64,000 bases of DNA from positions 7,797-71,796 of the forward strand of contig DASUYU010000080.1 in assembly GCA_036377235.1 (NCBI GenBank), given 5' to 3'. This DNA comes from Thermoleophilaceae bacterium. Lineage in GTDB: Bacteria; Actinomycetota; Thermoleophilia; Solirubrobacterales; Thermoleophilaceae. Within the stretch, counting starts at the first letter, position 1. Each line of letters opens with the position of its first letter. A program made the position numbers and the translations under genes. Under the pieces are notes generated by a model. That model made no database searches. It was not told the DNA's origin and worked only from the letters and a program-made list of their open reading frames with translations. Below are positions 1 through 8,375 of the stretch, piece after piece.

Positions 1-750
1 GATCCCGAGGTTGATCTCCGGCTGCCCGAAGGTGGCCGACTCGGCCGCGATCCGGAAGTCACAAGCCATCGCCAGCTCGCAACCGCCGCCGAACGCGATC
101 GAGTTCACCGCGGCGATGGTCACGATGGACGACTGCTCCATCCCGCGCATGAAGCGGTGCGAGTCCTCCACGAGGTGGGCGCCCTCATCGTCCGGCGACA
201 TCTTGGTGAACTCCTTGATGTCCGCGCCGGCGCTGAAGGTGAAGATGTTCGACGAAGCGATCACGAGCGCCCGCGCCTTCCCCTCGACCTCGTCCCACAG
301 GTCGATGAGGTCTCGCACCGCATGGGGCGAGAGCGGGTTCGCCGGCGGCCGGTTGAGCCACGCGATCGCGACGTCGCCGCGGGTCTCGAGCAGCACCGTC
401 TCGCGCTGATCGCCCGCGTCGGGCTGCGGGTACGCGAAGAAGCCCTGGCCGGTCTTCTTGCCGAGCCGCCCCTGGGCCACGAGGCGCCGCAGGACGGTGG
501 GCGGCTCGAACGCGTCGCCCCACTCCGCCTGCGCGCGCTCCAGCTGCTCGAGGATGGTGTCGAGGCCCGCCTCGTCGGCGCGCGCGAACGGGCCGGGCAG
601 GATCCCCGCGCCCATCATCATCCCGACCTCGATGTCCTTCGCGGAGGCGACGCCCTCCTCGAGCACGAGGCACGACTCGACCAGGGTCTTGAGACCCATC
701 CGGTCGACGATGGTGCCGAGCGCGCCGCCCTGAGCGCTAGCCGTGCTCAT
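1..750 (-). CDS. 3-hydroxyacyl-CoA dehydrogenase C-terminal-domain / enoyl-CoA hydratase (crotonase) fusion, FadN C-terminal-half-like; 3' end runs off the window
   Basis: Own minus-strand translation from ATG 748-750: MSTASAQGGALGTIVDRMGLKTLVESCLVLEEGVASAKDIEVGMMMGAG...GRLGKKTGQGFFAY. This is followed by crotonase motifs: VAIAWLNRPPANPLS, FSAGADIKEF, AAVNSIAFGGGCELAMACDFRIAAESATFGQPEINLGI. There is no stop before position 1, so it is absent from the ORF track. A GGGAGGGGG Shine-Dalgarno lies just upstream. Confidence 0.8.
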   Translation of the reverse strand, partial: MSTASAQGGALGTIVDRMGLKTLVESCLVLEEGVASAKDIEVGMMMGAGILPGPFARADEAGLDTILEQLERAQAEWGDAFEPPTVLRRLVAQGRLGKKTGQGFFAYPQPDAGDQRETVLLETRGDVAIAWLNRPPANPLSPHAVRDLIDLWDEVEGKARALVIASSNIFTFSAGADIKEFTKMSPDDEGAHLVEDSHRFMRGMEQSSIVTIAAVNSIAFGGGCELAMACDFRIAAESATFGQPEINLGI

Positions 751-1609
751 AGAACCCCCTCCCGGTCTTCTGGCCGAGGTTCCCCGCCTCCACCAGCTCC
801 TTCATCGGCTTCGACACGTGGAAGCGCTCGCCGTACGAGTCGTGCAGGTGCTCCGCCACGTGGAGCACCGTGTCGAGCCCGAGCAGGTCCGTCAGGTAGT
901 ACGGCCCCATCGGCACCGTGCCGGACTCCTGGATCGCCTTGTCCACGTCCTTCACTTCCAGGTCCTCGTCTTCGGTCACCCGCCACACCTCCGACATCGC
1001 CGAGGTGAGAATCCGGTTGACCACGAAGCCGGGGACCTCGCCGCAGCGCACCGCCGTCTTGCGGAGCGCCTGGGCGAAGTTCGACGCGACCGCGAGCGTC
1101 TCGTCGGAGGTGTCGTCCCCCTCGATCACCTCGATCAGCCGCATCATCGACGCCGGGTAGAAGAAGTGGAAGCCGCACACCTTGTCGGGCCGGAGCGTGG
1201 CCTCCGCCATCTCGGTGATCGAGAGCGACGAGGTGTTCGACGCGAGGATCGCGTGGCCCGGCGTGGCCTCGTCGAGCTCGCCGAAGACCGCCTGCTTGAT
1301 CTCCATGCGCTCGGGCACGGCCTCGATCACGAAGTCCACGTCGCCGAAGTCGTCGTAGGCGGTGGTCCCGGTGATGCGCCCGAGGATCTCCTCCCGCTGC
1401 GAATCGGCGTCCTCCTGGGTGATCTTCTCCTTCTTCACCAGGTTGCCGAGCTGCGCCTCGGTCACCTGCCGGGCCTTCTCGAGGCCCGTGTCGACGAACT
1501 CCTGCTTGACGTCCTTGAGGACGACCGGAATGCCGGCCGAGGCCACGACCTGGGCGATCTCGCCGCCCATCGTGCCCGCCCCGACGACGGCGGCTTTGAA
1601 GACGAACAT
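737..1609 (-). CDS. 3-hydroxyacyl-CoA (3-hydroxybutyryl-CoA-type) dehydrogenase, NAD-binding
   Basis: C-terminal 290 aa of ORF 737..2215, starting at ATG 1607-1609. Sequence: MFVFKAAVVGAGTMGGEIAQV (Rossmann GxGxxG), SNTSSL, GFHFFYPASMMRLIEV, PGFVVNRIL, GQKTGRGFY. The upstream part of the listed ORF is non-coding read-through. Confidence 0.92.
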   Translation of the reverse strand: MFVFKAAVVGAGTMGGEIAQVVASAGIPVVLKDVKQEFVDTGLEKARQVTEAQLGNLVKKEKITQEDADSQREEILGRITGTTAYDDFGDVDFVIEAVPERMEIKQAVFGELDEATPGHAILASNTSSLSITEMAEATLRPDKVCGFHFFYPASMMRLIEVIEGDDTSDETLAVASNFAQALRKTAVRCGEVPGFVVNRILTSAMSEVWRVTEDEDLEVKDVDKAIQESGTVPMGPYYLTDLLGLDTVLHVAEHLHDSYGERFHVSKPMKELVEAGNLGQKTGRGFYEHG

Positions 1610-1649
1610 GGCGGCGGAGGCTATAGGAGGCCCCGCGAAGATCATCCGC

Positions 1650-1671
1650 TCAATCAACCGATTGGGGGATG
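1650..1671. repeat. Repeated 5' element TCAATC-N4-GAT-N1-2-GGGGGATG (copy 1; copy 2 at 10999-11021)
   Basis: Copy 1 is TCAATCAACCGATTGGGGGATG and copy 2 is TCAATCGGTTGATCAGGGGGATG. Both lie in divergent intergenic regions. Each is about 41-62 nt upstream of a minus-strand ATG (1609, and 10959 if that start is used). The core CAATC-N4-GATTG is palindromic in copy 1. Confidence 0.35.
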
Positions 1672-1705
1672 CTCCGCGCGCCGCGGCGCGCGGACACTCC
1701 AGCGC

Positions 1706-2881
1706 GTGACCGTCGAGCTCCTGAGCCGCCATCTCGTGAGGACGGTGGACTCGATCGGACTGCCGAGCGAGCCCCATCCGGTCGAGGGCCGCGCCTCGCG
1801 CGAGGACGCATACACGATCCACGTCACGACGTCGCTGGCCGAGACGGCCGAGCGGCTGACCGAGCTGATCGGGGACGCGAAGGTCGCGATCGTCACGGAC
1901 AGCACCGTCATGGACCTGTACGGGCCCACGCTCGTGCGCGCGCTGGACCGCGCCGGGATCGAGCCGGAGATCGCGGCGATCCCGCCCGGCGAGCAGCACA
2001 AGACGCTCGGCCAGGCGTGCCGGCTGCTCGACTGGCTGACCGAGACGAACCTCGGCCGCCGGGACGTGATCGTCTGCCTCGGCGGCGGCGTGGTGATCGA
2101 CATGGGTGGATGGGTCGCCAGCGCCTACATGAGAGGCGTGCCATATCTGAACATCCCTACGACCCTGATCGGCCAGGTCGACGCCGGCATCGGAGGCAAG
2201 CTGGCGGTCAACCACGAGACCGCCAAGAACATATTCGGGGGCTTCTTCCAGCCGATCGGCGTGATCTCGGACGTGTCGCTGCTCGCCACGCTGGACCGCA
2301 GGCAGCTCCGAGCCGGGCTCGCGGAGTCGATCAAGAAGGCGATCATCGCCTCACCCGCCTACTGGGATCTCATCGAACACGATGCGGACGCGATCCTCCG
2401 CGGCGACCTCGGCGCACTCGAGCGGCTCGTCCACGGCGCGGGCGTGATCAAGGCGGAGCTGATCGCGCGCGACCCGTATGAGGTCGACTCGCGCCGGACG
2501 CTCGGCTTCGGTCACGCGATCGCGCACCCTCTCGAGACCGTCACCGGCTACAGGGCGGTGCTGCACGGCGAGGCCGTGGCCTTCGGGATGGTCGTCGAGA
2601 TGCAGATGGCGGCGGCGCGTGAGCTCCTGACCCCGGAGCGCCTCGATCAGATGATCGCTCTCCTCAGGAGGGTCGGGCTGCCCACCGCCGCCGCCGAGCT
2701 GCCCTGCGAGGTCGACGGCACACGGCTGCTCGCCGCCACGGAGCGCATCCGCCTGATCCGCGGCGGCGGATACCGGTTCGTCCTGCCGATCGACCTCGGT
2801 GAGACGCTGATCGCCGACGACGTCGAGCCGGAGGAGCTTCACGAGGCGCTCCGGCGCTGCGGCGTGGACCTCCCGCGATGA
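1706..2881 (+). CDS. 3-dehydroquinate-synthase-family sugar phosphate cyclase (DHQS / EEVS / DOIS-like)
   Basis: In-frame GTG at 1706 within ORF 743..2881; the upstream part of that ORF is an antisense shadow of the HADH gene. Motifs: GGGVVIDMGGW, GGKLAVNHETAKNIFGGFFQP, LAESIKKAI, GFGHAIAHPLE, HGEAVAFGM. The start is uncertain (alternative GTG 1736). Confidence 0.8.
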   Translation: MTVELLSRHLVRTVDSIGLPSEPHPVEGRASREDAYTIHVTTSLAETAERLTELIGDAKVAIVTDSTVMDLYGPTLVRALDRAGIEPEIAAIPPGEQHKTLGQACRLLDWLTETNLGRRDVIVCLGGGVVIDMGGWVASAYMRGVPYLNIPTTLIGQVDAGIGGKLAVNHETAKNIFGGFFQPIGVISDVSLLATLDRRQLRAGLAESIKKAIIASPAYWDLIEHDADAILRGDLGALERLVHGAGVIKAELIARDPYEVDSRRTLGFGHAIAHPLETVTGYRAVLHGEAVAFGMVVEMQMAAARELLTPERLDQMIALLRRVGLPTAAAELPCEVDGTRLLAATERIRLIRGGGYRFVLPIDLGETLIADDVEPEELHEALRRCGVDLPR

Positions 2882-3342
2882 ATGCCGTGTGCCACGTCGG
2901 GCTGTCGGTGCCGGACCTCGAGCGCGCCACCCGCTGGTACGCGGAGGTGCTCGGCCTCGACCCGCTCGGCCCGCCCACCGATGTGCTGCCGGGCCACCGG
3001 CACGCGGGCGTCGTGGCGGCGGACGTGCTCGGAGACGGGGTGGGCGCCCTTCGGCAGCGCCACCTCACCGGCGCGAACGGCGTGGGCCTCGAGCTCTTCG
3101 AATTCGAGAGCACGCCCTACGAGCTGGCCGGGCTGTTCCACGTGTGCGTGACCGTCGACGATCTGCCGGGCACGGCCAAGCGGGTCGCGGCCACCGGCGG
3201 ACGCCAGACCTCCCGCGTGTGGCAGATCTTCGCCGAGGAGCCGTTTCTCATGTGCTACTGCCGCGACCCGTTCGGCAACATCGTGGAGCTCTACTCGCAC
3301 AGCCACGAGCGGGTGTACGCGAACCGTGACGCCGGGGCATGA
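2878..3342 (+). CDS. VOC (glyoxalase/bleomycin-resistance/dioxygenase) family protein
   Basis: N-terminus MNAVCHVGLSVPDLERATRWYAEVLGL is typical of the VOC beta-alpha-beta-beta-beta module. An ATGA overlap with the upstream cyclase stop indicates translational coupling. Confidence 0.8.
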   Translation: MNAVCHVGLSVPDLERATRWYAEVLGLDPLGPPTDVLPGHRHAGVVAADVLGDGVGALRQRHLTGANGVGLELFEFESTPYELAGLFHVCVTVDDLPGTAKRVAATGGRQTSRVWQIFAEEPFLMCYCRDPFGNIVELYSHSHERVYANRDAGA

Positions 3343-4631
3343 GGACGCTGGCCCCCACGCGGTCGGAGCGGCTCCTCAGGCGCGCCTCTCTGTCGATACC
3401 GGGAGGGGTCAACACCGCCAAGCGGCGGTCCCGCCCGCCCGTCTGCGTGCGCCGCGGCGAGGGCGGGTGGATCGAGGACGTGGACGGCCGGCGCCTGATC
3501 GACTACCACGCGGCCTATGGCGCCGTGCTCCTCGGTCACGGCTACCCGCCGCAGCTGCGGCGGGTAGCCGAAGCGACCGCGGAGGGGGTCCTGTTCGGCC
3601 TCGGGGTGACCGAGGCGGAGGCGCGCCTTGCCGAGAAGATCGTCTCTCACGTGCCTTGCGCCGAGCGAGTGCTCCTGTGCGGAAGCGGCTCCGAGGCGAC
3701 ATTCCACGCGATCCGGCTCGCGCGCGCCGCGACCGGGCGGTCCCGGATCGTCAAGTTCCAGGGCGCCTACCACGGCTTCCATGACTCCGTGGCCCGGAAC
3801 TTTCTGAGCCGGGGGCCATTCTCGGCCGGCATTCCGGACGCCGCGCTGGAGCAGACGCTCGTCTGCGAGTTCAACGACCTCGACGGCGTCGAGCGCGCCT
3901 TCGAGCGGGCCGGCGGTGAGATTGCCGCCGTGATCACCGAGCCGATCGTGCACAACGCCGCGAGCTTGATGCCGCGGCCCGGGTTCCTCGAGGGCCTCCG
4001 CGCTGTCTGTGACCGCGCCGGGGCCCTGCTGATCTTCGACGAGGTCATCACGGGCTTCCGCCACCACCTCGGCGGATACCAGGCGATCGCCGGCGTGACG
4101 CCGGATGTGGCGACGTTCGGCAAGGCGCTCGGCAACGGCTTCCCGATCACCGCCGTCGCCGGCCGCGCCGAGCACATGGAGCGCTTCAGCACGACCGAGC
4201 ACGGCGACGTGTGGTTCGCGGGCACGTGCAACGGCAACGTGCCGGGCGTGGCCGCCGCGCTCGCGGTCATCGAGATCCTCGAGCGCGGCGGCGTGCACGA
4301 TCACGTCTTCCGCCTGGGCGAGCGGATGCGCGCGGGCCTCCGCGAGGTGTCCGGCCGGTGCGGGGTGCCCGTCACGGTCAGCGGATTCGGCTCGGTCTTC
4401 GTCCTGTGCTTCATGGACGGCCCGCTCGAGACGTTCGAGGACACGACACGGAACGACGCGGAGCTGTTCGTCCGCTACCGGCGCGAGCTCGCGCGGCGAG
4501 GCGTGTTCGAGATGCCCGAGAACCTCGGCCGCAGCCATGTCATGTACACCCACAGTGACGCCGACGTGGACCTCACGCTGGAGGCCGCGGAGGCGGCGCT
4601 CACCGCTGCCCTCGACTCACCTCGTCCTTGA
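3339..4631 (+). CDS. Class-III PLP aminotransferase (glutamate-1-semialdehyde aminomutase-like family)
   Basis: Motifs: SIPGGVNT, IDYHAAYGAVLLGH, GSGSEATFHAIRLARA, IKFQGAYHG, FDEVITGFR, PLP-lysine ATFGKALGNGFPI. An ATGA overlap with the VOC stop is present. Confidence 0.85.
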   Translation: MRTLAPTRSERLLRRASLSIPGGVNTAKRRSRPPVCVRRGEGGWIEDVDGRRLIDYHAAYGAVLLGHGYPPQLRRVAEATAEGVLFGLGVTEAEARLAEKIVSHVPCAERVLLCGSGSEATFHAIRLARAATGRSRIVKFQGAYHGFHDSVARNFLSRGPFSAGIPDAALEQTLVCEFNDLDGVERAFERAGGEIAAVITEPIVHNAASLMPRPGFLEGLRAVCDRAGALLIFDEVITGFRHHLGGYQAIAGVTPDVATFGKALGNGFPITAVAGRAEHMERFSTTEHGDVWFAGTCNGNVPGVAAALAVIEILERGGVHDHVFRLGERMRAGLREVSGRCGVPVTVSGFGSVFVLCFMDGPLETFEDTTRNDAELFVRYRRELARRGVFEMPENLGRSHVMYTHSDADVDLTLEAAEAALTAALDSPRP

Positions 4632-5604
4632 ACGCCACGCGCGACGCCCAGTCGACCGGCGGCGGCTCCTCGTCGGGAATAACACGCCTGAGCATCGCCA
4701 CCGACGCCGCGAGCGTGTCGTCCGGCGTGAGGAACGGATCCTCGCACTCGATGCTCAGCGTGCCGTCGTACCCGACGCGCCTCAGCGCGAGCACCAGACG
4801 CCCCCAGAACATCTCGTCATGTCCGTAGCCGGGCGTGCTGAATGTCCACGGACGCTCGTCCCAGCGGTCGTAATCGACGGGCGACGCGACGCCGTCGCGC
4901 TCGATCAGACGCCGGTCGAGCCACGCATCCTTGACGTGGCAGGTGCGGATGTCGGAGCCCACGGCCGCGATGACCGCGATCGGATCCATCCCCTGCCACC
5001 AGAGGTGCGAAGGGTCGAAGTTCATCCCGATCGCCGGGCCGATCTCGTCACGCAGCCGCTCGAACGTGGGCGTGTTGTAGACCACGTCCGCGGAGTGCGG
5101 CTCGATGCAGAGGACCACTCCGTGCGCGTCGGCCACGGCCGCGGCCTCCCGCCAATAGGGGAGCACGCGCTCCTGCCACTGCCATTCGTGGACCGTCCCG
5201 AGACCCGGGAAGGCCGCATTCAGGATCCAGTTCGGCGTCGTGTCTCCCGGCGCGCCGGCGGGGAGGCCCGCGAGCAGGCTCACGTGGTGGACGCCGAGCG
5301 CCTCGGCGATTTCGCAGGTCGCGAGGAAGTCCGCGTGGTCGGAGCGCGCCCGCTCGGAGTCCGGATGAAGCGGATTGCCATGGCAGGAGAACGCGCACAG
5401 CGAGAGGCCGCGCTCCTCCAAGCTCGCCCGGAAGCGCGCGAGCGCATCGGGATCGCGGGCGAGCCGGACGGGGTCGTAGTGAACGGTGGGGATGTGTCCG
5501 CCCCCGCACGCCTCGATACGCGTGATCCCGCCGGCCACGGCGGCGTCGAGCATCCTCTCCCACGAGCGGTCGAGCATGCTCGCGGACATCAGCGCGATCT
5601 CCAC
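4600..5604 (-). CDS. Sugar phosphate isomerase/epimerase, xylose-isomerase-like TIM barrel (IolE/MocC-like family)
   Basis: C-terminal part of ORF 4600..5973: VEIALMSASMLDRSW...ITRIEACGGGH...HHVSLLAGLP...VLCIEPH...NFDPSHLWWQG...HVKDA...LSIECED. Start is GTG 5604, or alternatively ATG 5589. It overlaps the aminotransferase 3' end convergently by 32 nt. Confidence 0.8.
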   Translation of the reverse strand: MEIALMSASMLDRSWERMLDAAVAGGITRIEACGGGHIPTVHYDPVRLARDPDALARFRASLEERGLSLCAFSCHGNPLHPDSERARSDHADFLATCEIAEALGVHHVSLLAGLPAGAPGDTTPNWILNAAFPGLGTVHEWQWQERVLPYWREAAAVADAHGVVLCIEPHSADVVYNTPTFERLRDEIGPAIGMNFDPSHLWWQGMDPIAVIAAVGSDIRTCHVKDAWLDRRLIERDGVASPVDYDRWDERPWTFSTPGYGHDEMFWGRLVLALRRVGYDGTLSIECEDPFLTPDDTLAASVAMLRRVIPDEEPPPVDWASRVAFKDEVSRGQR

Positions 5605-5667
5605 CGGCCGATTGTCGGCAGCGACCGGCGGCCGCGGGAGGGAGAGTTCTGTCCCGTCCGAATCGCC

Positions 5668-6585
5668 GTGGCGGGTCTTGGCGGGATCGGCCGGCTGCAC
5701 GCGCGCAACGCGGCGCTGATGCGTGCCGCGGAGCTGGCGCTGCTTGTGGATCCGGACACCTCGCTGGCCGAGGCGACGGCCGCGGAGCTCGGCGCGCCCT
5801 GCTCGGCCTCCTTCGACGACGCCCTCCTCGACCCGTCGGTGGAGGCCGTGGTGATCGCGACGCCGACCCCGCTGCACGCCGACATGACGATCGCGGCGGC
5901 TCATGCCGGGAAGCACGTGCTGTGCGAGAAGCCGCTGTCCCTGATGGCCAATGCCGGGCGGGCAGCGACCCACGCCGCCCGCACGGCCGGGGTCGCATTG
6001 CAGGTGGGGTTCCAGCGACGCTTCGACCGCGACTTCGTTGCGGCGCGCCGCATGATCGAGGCCGGCGAGCTCGGAGACGTTCGCCTCCTACGGATCTCGC
6101 ACCGCAATCGAGCCGCACCTCGCGGCGGCGACCTCACCGGGCGGCTAGGTGGCCCGCTGGTGGACATGACCATCCACGACTTCGACACGGCGCGCTGGCT
6201 CGTCGGCGAGCTCGCCGAGGTCACGGCATACGGGAGCCCGGGCGCGACGGCCATCGTCGGACGATTCGACAGCGGCGCACTCGCCCTGATCGACAACACC
6301 CGCACGGCCGCCTATGGCTTCGAGTGCTCGGTGGAGGTCATGGGCGAGCGGTCGACCGTGCGGATCGGCTTCAGCGGCGCGAACGGAGACCTTCAGCATC
6401 TCACCCCCTCGGGAAGCCGGATTGCACGGCCCGCGGACCACATCGAGCGTCATCGCGACGCCTACGCGGAGGAGCTCCGCGCCTTCTTGGCATGCGTCCG
6501 GTCCGGCGCGGCGCCCGCGGTGGGCGGCGATGACGCCACCGCGGCACTCCGGCTCTCGCTGGCGGCCGAGCGGTGCCTCGCGTAG
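5668..6585 (+). CDS. Gfo/Idh/MocA family NAD(P)-dependent oxidoreductase
   Basis: Sequence: (R)IAVAGLGGIGRLHARNA, VEAVVIATPTPLHADM, GKHVLCEKPLS, LQVGFQRRFD. No ATG/GTG/TTG precedes the first Rossmann strand, so the minimal GTG start at 5668 is listed. The true start may be non-canonical (ATC 5662 or ATT further upstream). Confidence 0.75.
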   Translation: MAGLGGIGRLHARNAALMRAAELALLVDPDTSLAEATAAELGAPCSASFDDALLDPSVEAVVIATPTPLHADMTIAAAHAGKHVLCEKPLSLMANAGRAATHAARTAGVALQVGFQRRFDRDFVAARRMIEAGELGDVRLLRISHRNRAAPRGGDLTGRLGGPLVDMTIHDFDTARWLVGELAEVTAYGSPGATAIVGRFDSGALALIDNTRTAAYGFECSVEVMGERSTVRIGFSGANGDLQHLTPSGSRIARPADHIERHRDAYAEELRAFLACVRSGAAPAVGGDDATAALRLSLAAERCLA

Positions 6586-7313
6586 CCGTCGTGACGGGGG
6601 CCACGCGCGGAATCGGCCGCGCGTGTGCGGAGCTGCTGGTCCACCGCGGCTGGGACGTGGTGGCCGTGGCGCGCGACCGGCGCGAGCTCCAGCGTGTCCA
6701 GAGGCAACTGGGCGACCGGTGCTCGTGGGTGGCCGGTGACGTGAGCGAGCCCGACGTGAGCCACGAGGCGGTGACCACGGCCACGGACCGCTTCGGGCGG
6801 CTCGACGCGGCTGTCGGAAACGCCGGCGTGACACTCGCGAAGCCGGTGGAGCGGACCACGGACCACGAGCTGGAGCGGCTGCTCGCAGTGAACGTCAAGG
6901 CGCTCGTCCACCTGGCGCGCGCGGCGCACACACCGCTCGCACGAGCACGCGGGTCATTCACGATCGTCGCGTCGAACAAGGGCCTCGTGGCTCAGCGCGG
7001 CTCGCCCGTGTACGTGGCCACGAAGGGCGCCGCGGTCCAGCTCGCGAGAGCGCTCGCGCTGGACTGGGCGGCCGACGGCATCCGCGTGAATGCCGTATGT
7101 CCGGGCCTCGTCGACACCGGCATGCTCCGCTCCTTCGCTGCCGAGCAGCCGGACCCCGCAGGCGCGTGGGCCGCGCTTGCCACCGAGCAGCCGCTGGGGC
7201 GGCTCGCACGCCCAGAGGAGTGCGCCGAGGCGGTTGCCTGGCTGGCGTCGTCCGGCGCGTCCTTCGTCACCGGAGTCGCGCTGCCGGTCGACGGCGGCTT
7301 CACGGCTCAGTGA
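6573..7313 (+). CDS. Short-chain dehydrogenase/reductase (SDR)
   Basis: Motifs: VAVVTGATRGIG, NAGV, catalytic YVATKGA, PVDGGFTA. It overlaps the upstream stop by 13 nt. Confidence 0.9.
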   Translation: MPRVAVVTGATRGIGRACAELLVHRGWDVVAVARDRRELQRVQRQLGDRCSWVAGDVSEPDVSHEAVTTATDRFGRLDAAVGNAGVTLAKPVERTTDHELERLLAVNVKALVHLARAAHTPLARARGSFTIVASNKGLVAQRGSPVYVATKGAAVQLARALALDWAADGIRVNAVCPGLVDTGMLRSFAAEQPDPAGAWAALATEQPLGRLARPEECAEAVAWLASSGASFVTGVALPVDGGFTAQ

Positions 7314-7382
7314 TGGCCGAGGCCCCGAGGGGACATTAGGAGGCCTCGCGGGCCCGGCCGTCGCTCAATAGCTCTTTAGGGC

Positions 7383-8375
7383 ATGCGACGCTCAATGGCG
7401 ATGACGGCTGCGCTGGTGCTGGTTGCCCTGGTGGGTCTCCAGTCCGGTTGCGGAGGCGATGACGACTCGGGGAACAAGGGGTCGGACAAGGGGAGCCACT
7501 ACGACCTCGTGTTCATCCCCGGGGTCACCGGCGACGACTTCTTCCACACCATCTGGCTCGGCGCCCAGGAGGAGGCCAAGCGGCTCGGGGTGTCGATCAC
7601 GCAGCAGGCTCCGCCGAAGTACGAGCCGGCATCGCAGATCCCGATCGTGAACGCCGCGGTCGCGCGGAAGCCGGACGCGCTCATCGTCGCCGCGACAGAC
7701 GCCGAGGCGCTTCAGGCGCCGCTCGAGCAGGCCGCCGGGCGCGGCATCAAGGTCGTGACCTTCGACACCACGACGAAGGACCCGAGCTTCGCGGTCACCC
7801 ATGTCTCGAGCGACATCGTCGAGGCCGGCCGCGTCGTCGCCGACCAGCTCGTGAAGCTCACCGGCGGCAAGGGCAAGCTCATGTACATCGACCACGCCCC
7901 CGGCGTCGAGTTCGCCCGCAACCTGCGCGCCGGGTTCACGGAGGTCGTGAAGAGCGAACCGGGCTTCGACCTGCTGCCGATCCAGTACTTCGACCTGGAC
8001 CCGCAGAAGGCGAACACGATCACCAGGACGACCATCACCCGCAATCCCGATCTCGCGGGAGCCTTCGTCGGAGTCGGCCTCGGCAGCCAGGGCGCGATTC
8101 CGGCGCTCGAGGCGGCCGGCAAGCTCGATGCGGTCAAGACGGTCGCGTTCGACGCGTTCGTCCAGAACATCGAGCTGCTGAAGGAGGGCAAGCTCGACGC
8201 GGTCGTCTCGGTGGCGGCCCGCCAGTACGGCGCGGACACCGTGAAGGCGGCCGTGGACGCGCTGAACGGCAAGAGCGTCCCGGCGCGGATCAAGCCGAAG
8301 ATCTGCCCGTTCACGGCAGCGACGGTGGACGATCCCGAGAACGCGCCCTGCCTGTACTCGCGTGCTCCCCAATAG
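7383..8375 (+). CDS. Sugar ABC transporter substrate-binding lipoprotein (RbsB/PBP type-1 family)
   Basis: The signal peptide has a lipobox (LVGLQSGC). A type-1 periplasmic-binding fold pattern is present: DLVFIPGVTGDDFF, PDALIVAATD, GIKVVTFD. Confidence 0.85.
   Translation: MRRSMAMTAALVLVALVGLQSGCGGDDDSGNKGSDKGSHYDLVFIPGVTGDDFFHTIWLGAQEEAKRLGVSITQQAPPKYEPASQIPIVNAAVARKPDALIVAATDAEALQAPLEQAAGRGIKVVTFDTTTKDPSFAVTHVSSDIVEAGRVVADQLVKLTGGKGKLMYIDHAPGVEFARNLRAGFTEVVKSEPGFDLLPIQYFDLDPQKANTITRTTITRNPDLAGAFVGVGLGSQGAIPALEAAGKLDAVKTVAFDAFVQNIELLKEGKLDAVVSVAARQYGADTVKAAVDALNGKSVPARIKPKICPFTAATVDDPENAPCLYSRAPQ

Noticed and set aside
743-1705. N-terminal two-fifths of the 712-aa ORF 743..2881 (+)
   Set aside because: It lies exactly antisense to the well-supported HADH gene and is an Arg/His/Leu-rich low-complexity translation. 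Recognisable DHQS-family sequence begins only after the in-frame GTG at 1706. It is a high-GC shadow ORF.
4105-5650. 5' part of the 826-aa ORF 4105..6585 (+)
   Set aside because: It overlaps the aminotransferase in another frame and is antisense to the TIM-barrel gene. Only the last ~306 codons show Gfo/Idh/MocA motifs.
7338-7343. Perfect AGGAGG in the SDR-SBP intergenic region as the RBS of a hidden small ORF
   Set aside because: No ATG/GTG/TTG lies within 4-12 nt downstream. The SBP start at 7383 is 40 nt away, so this is probably fortuitous.
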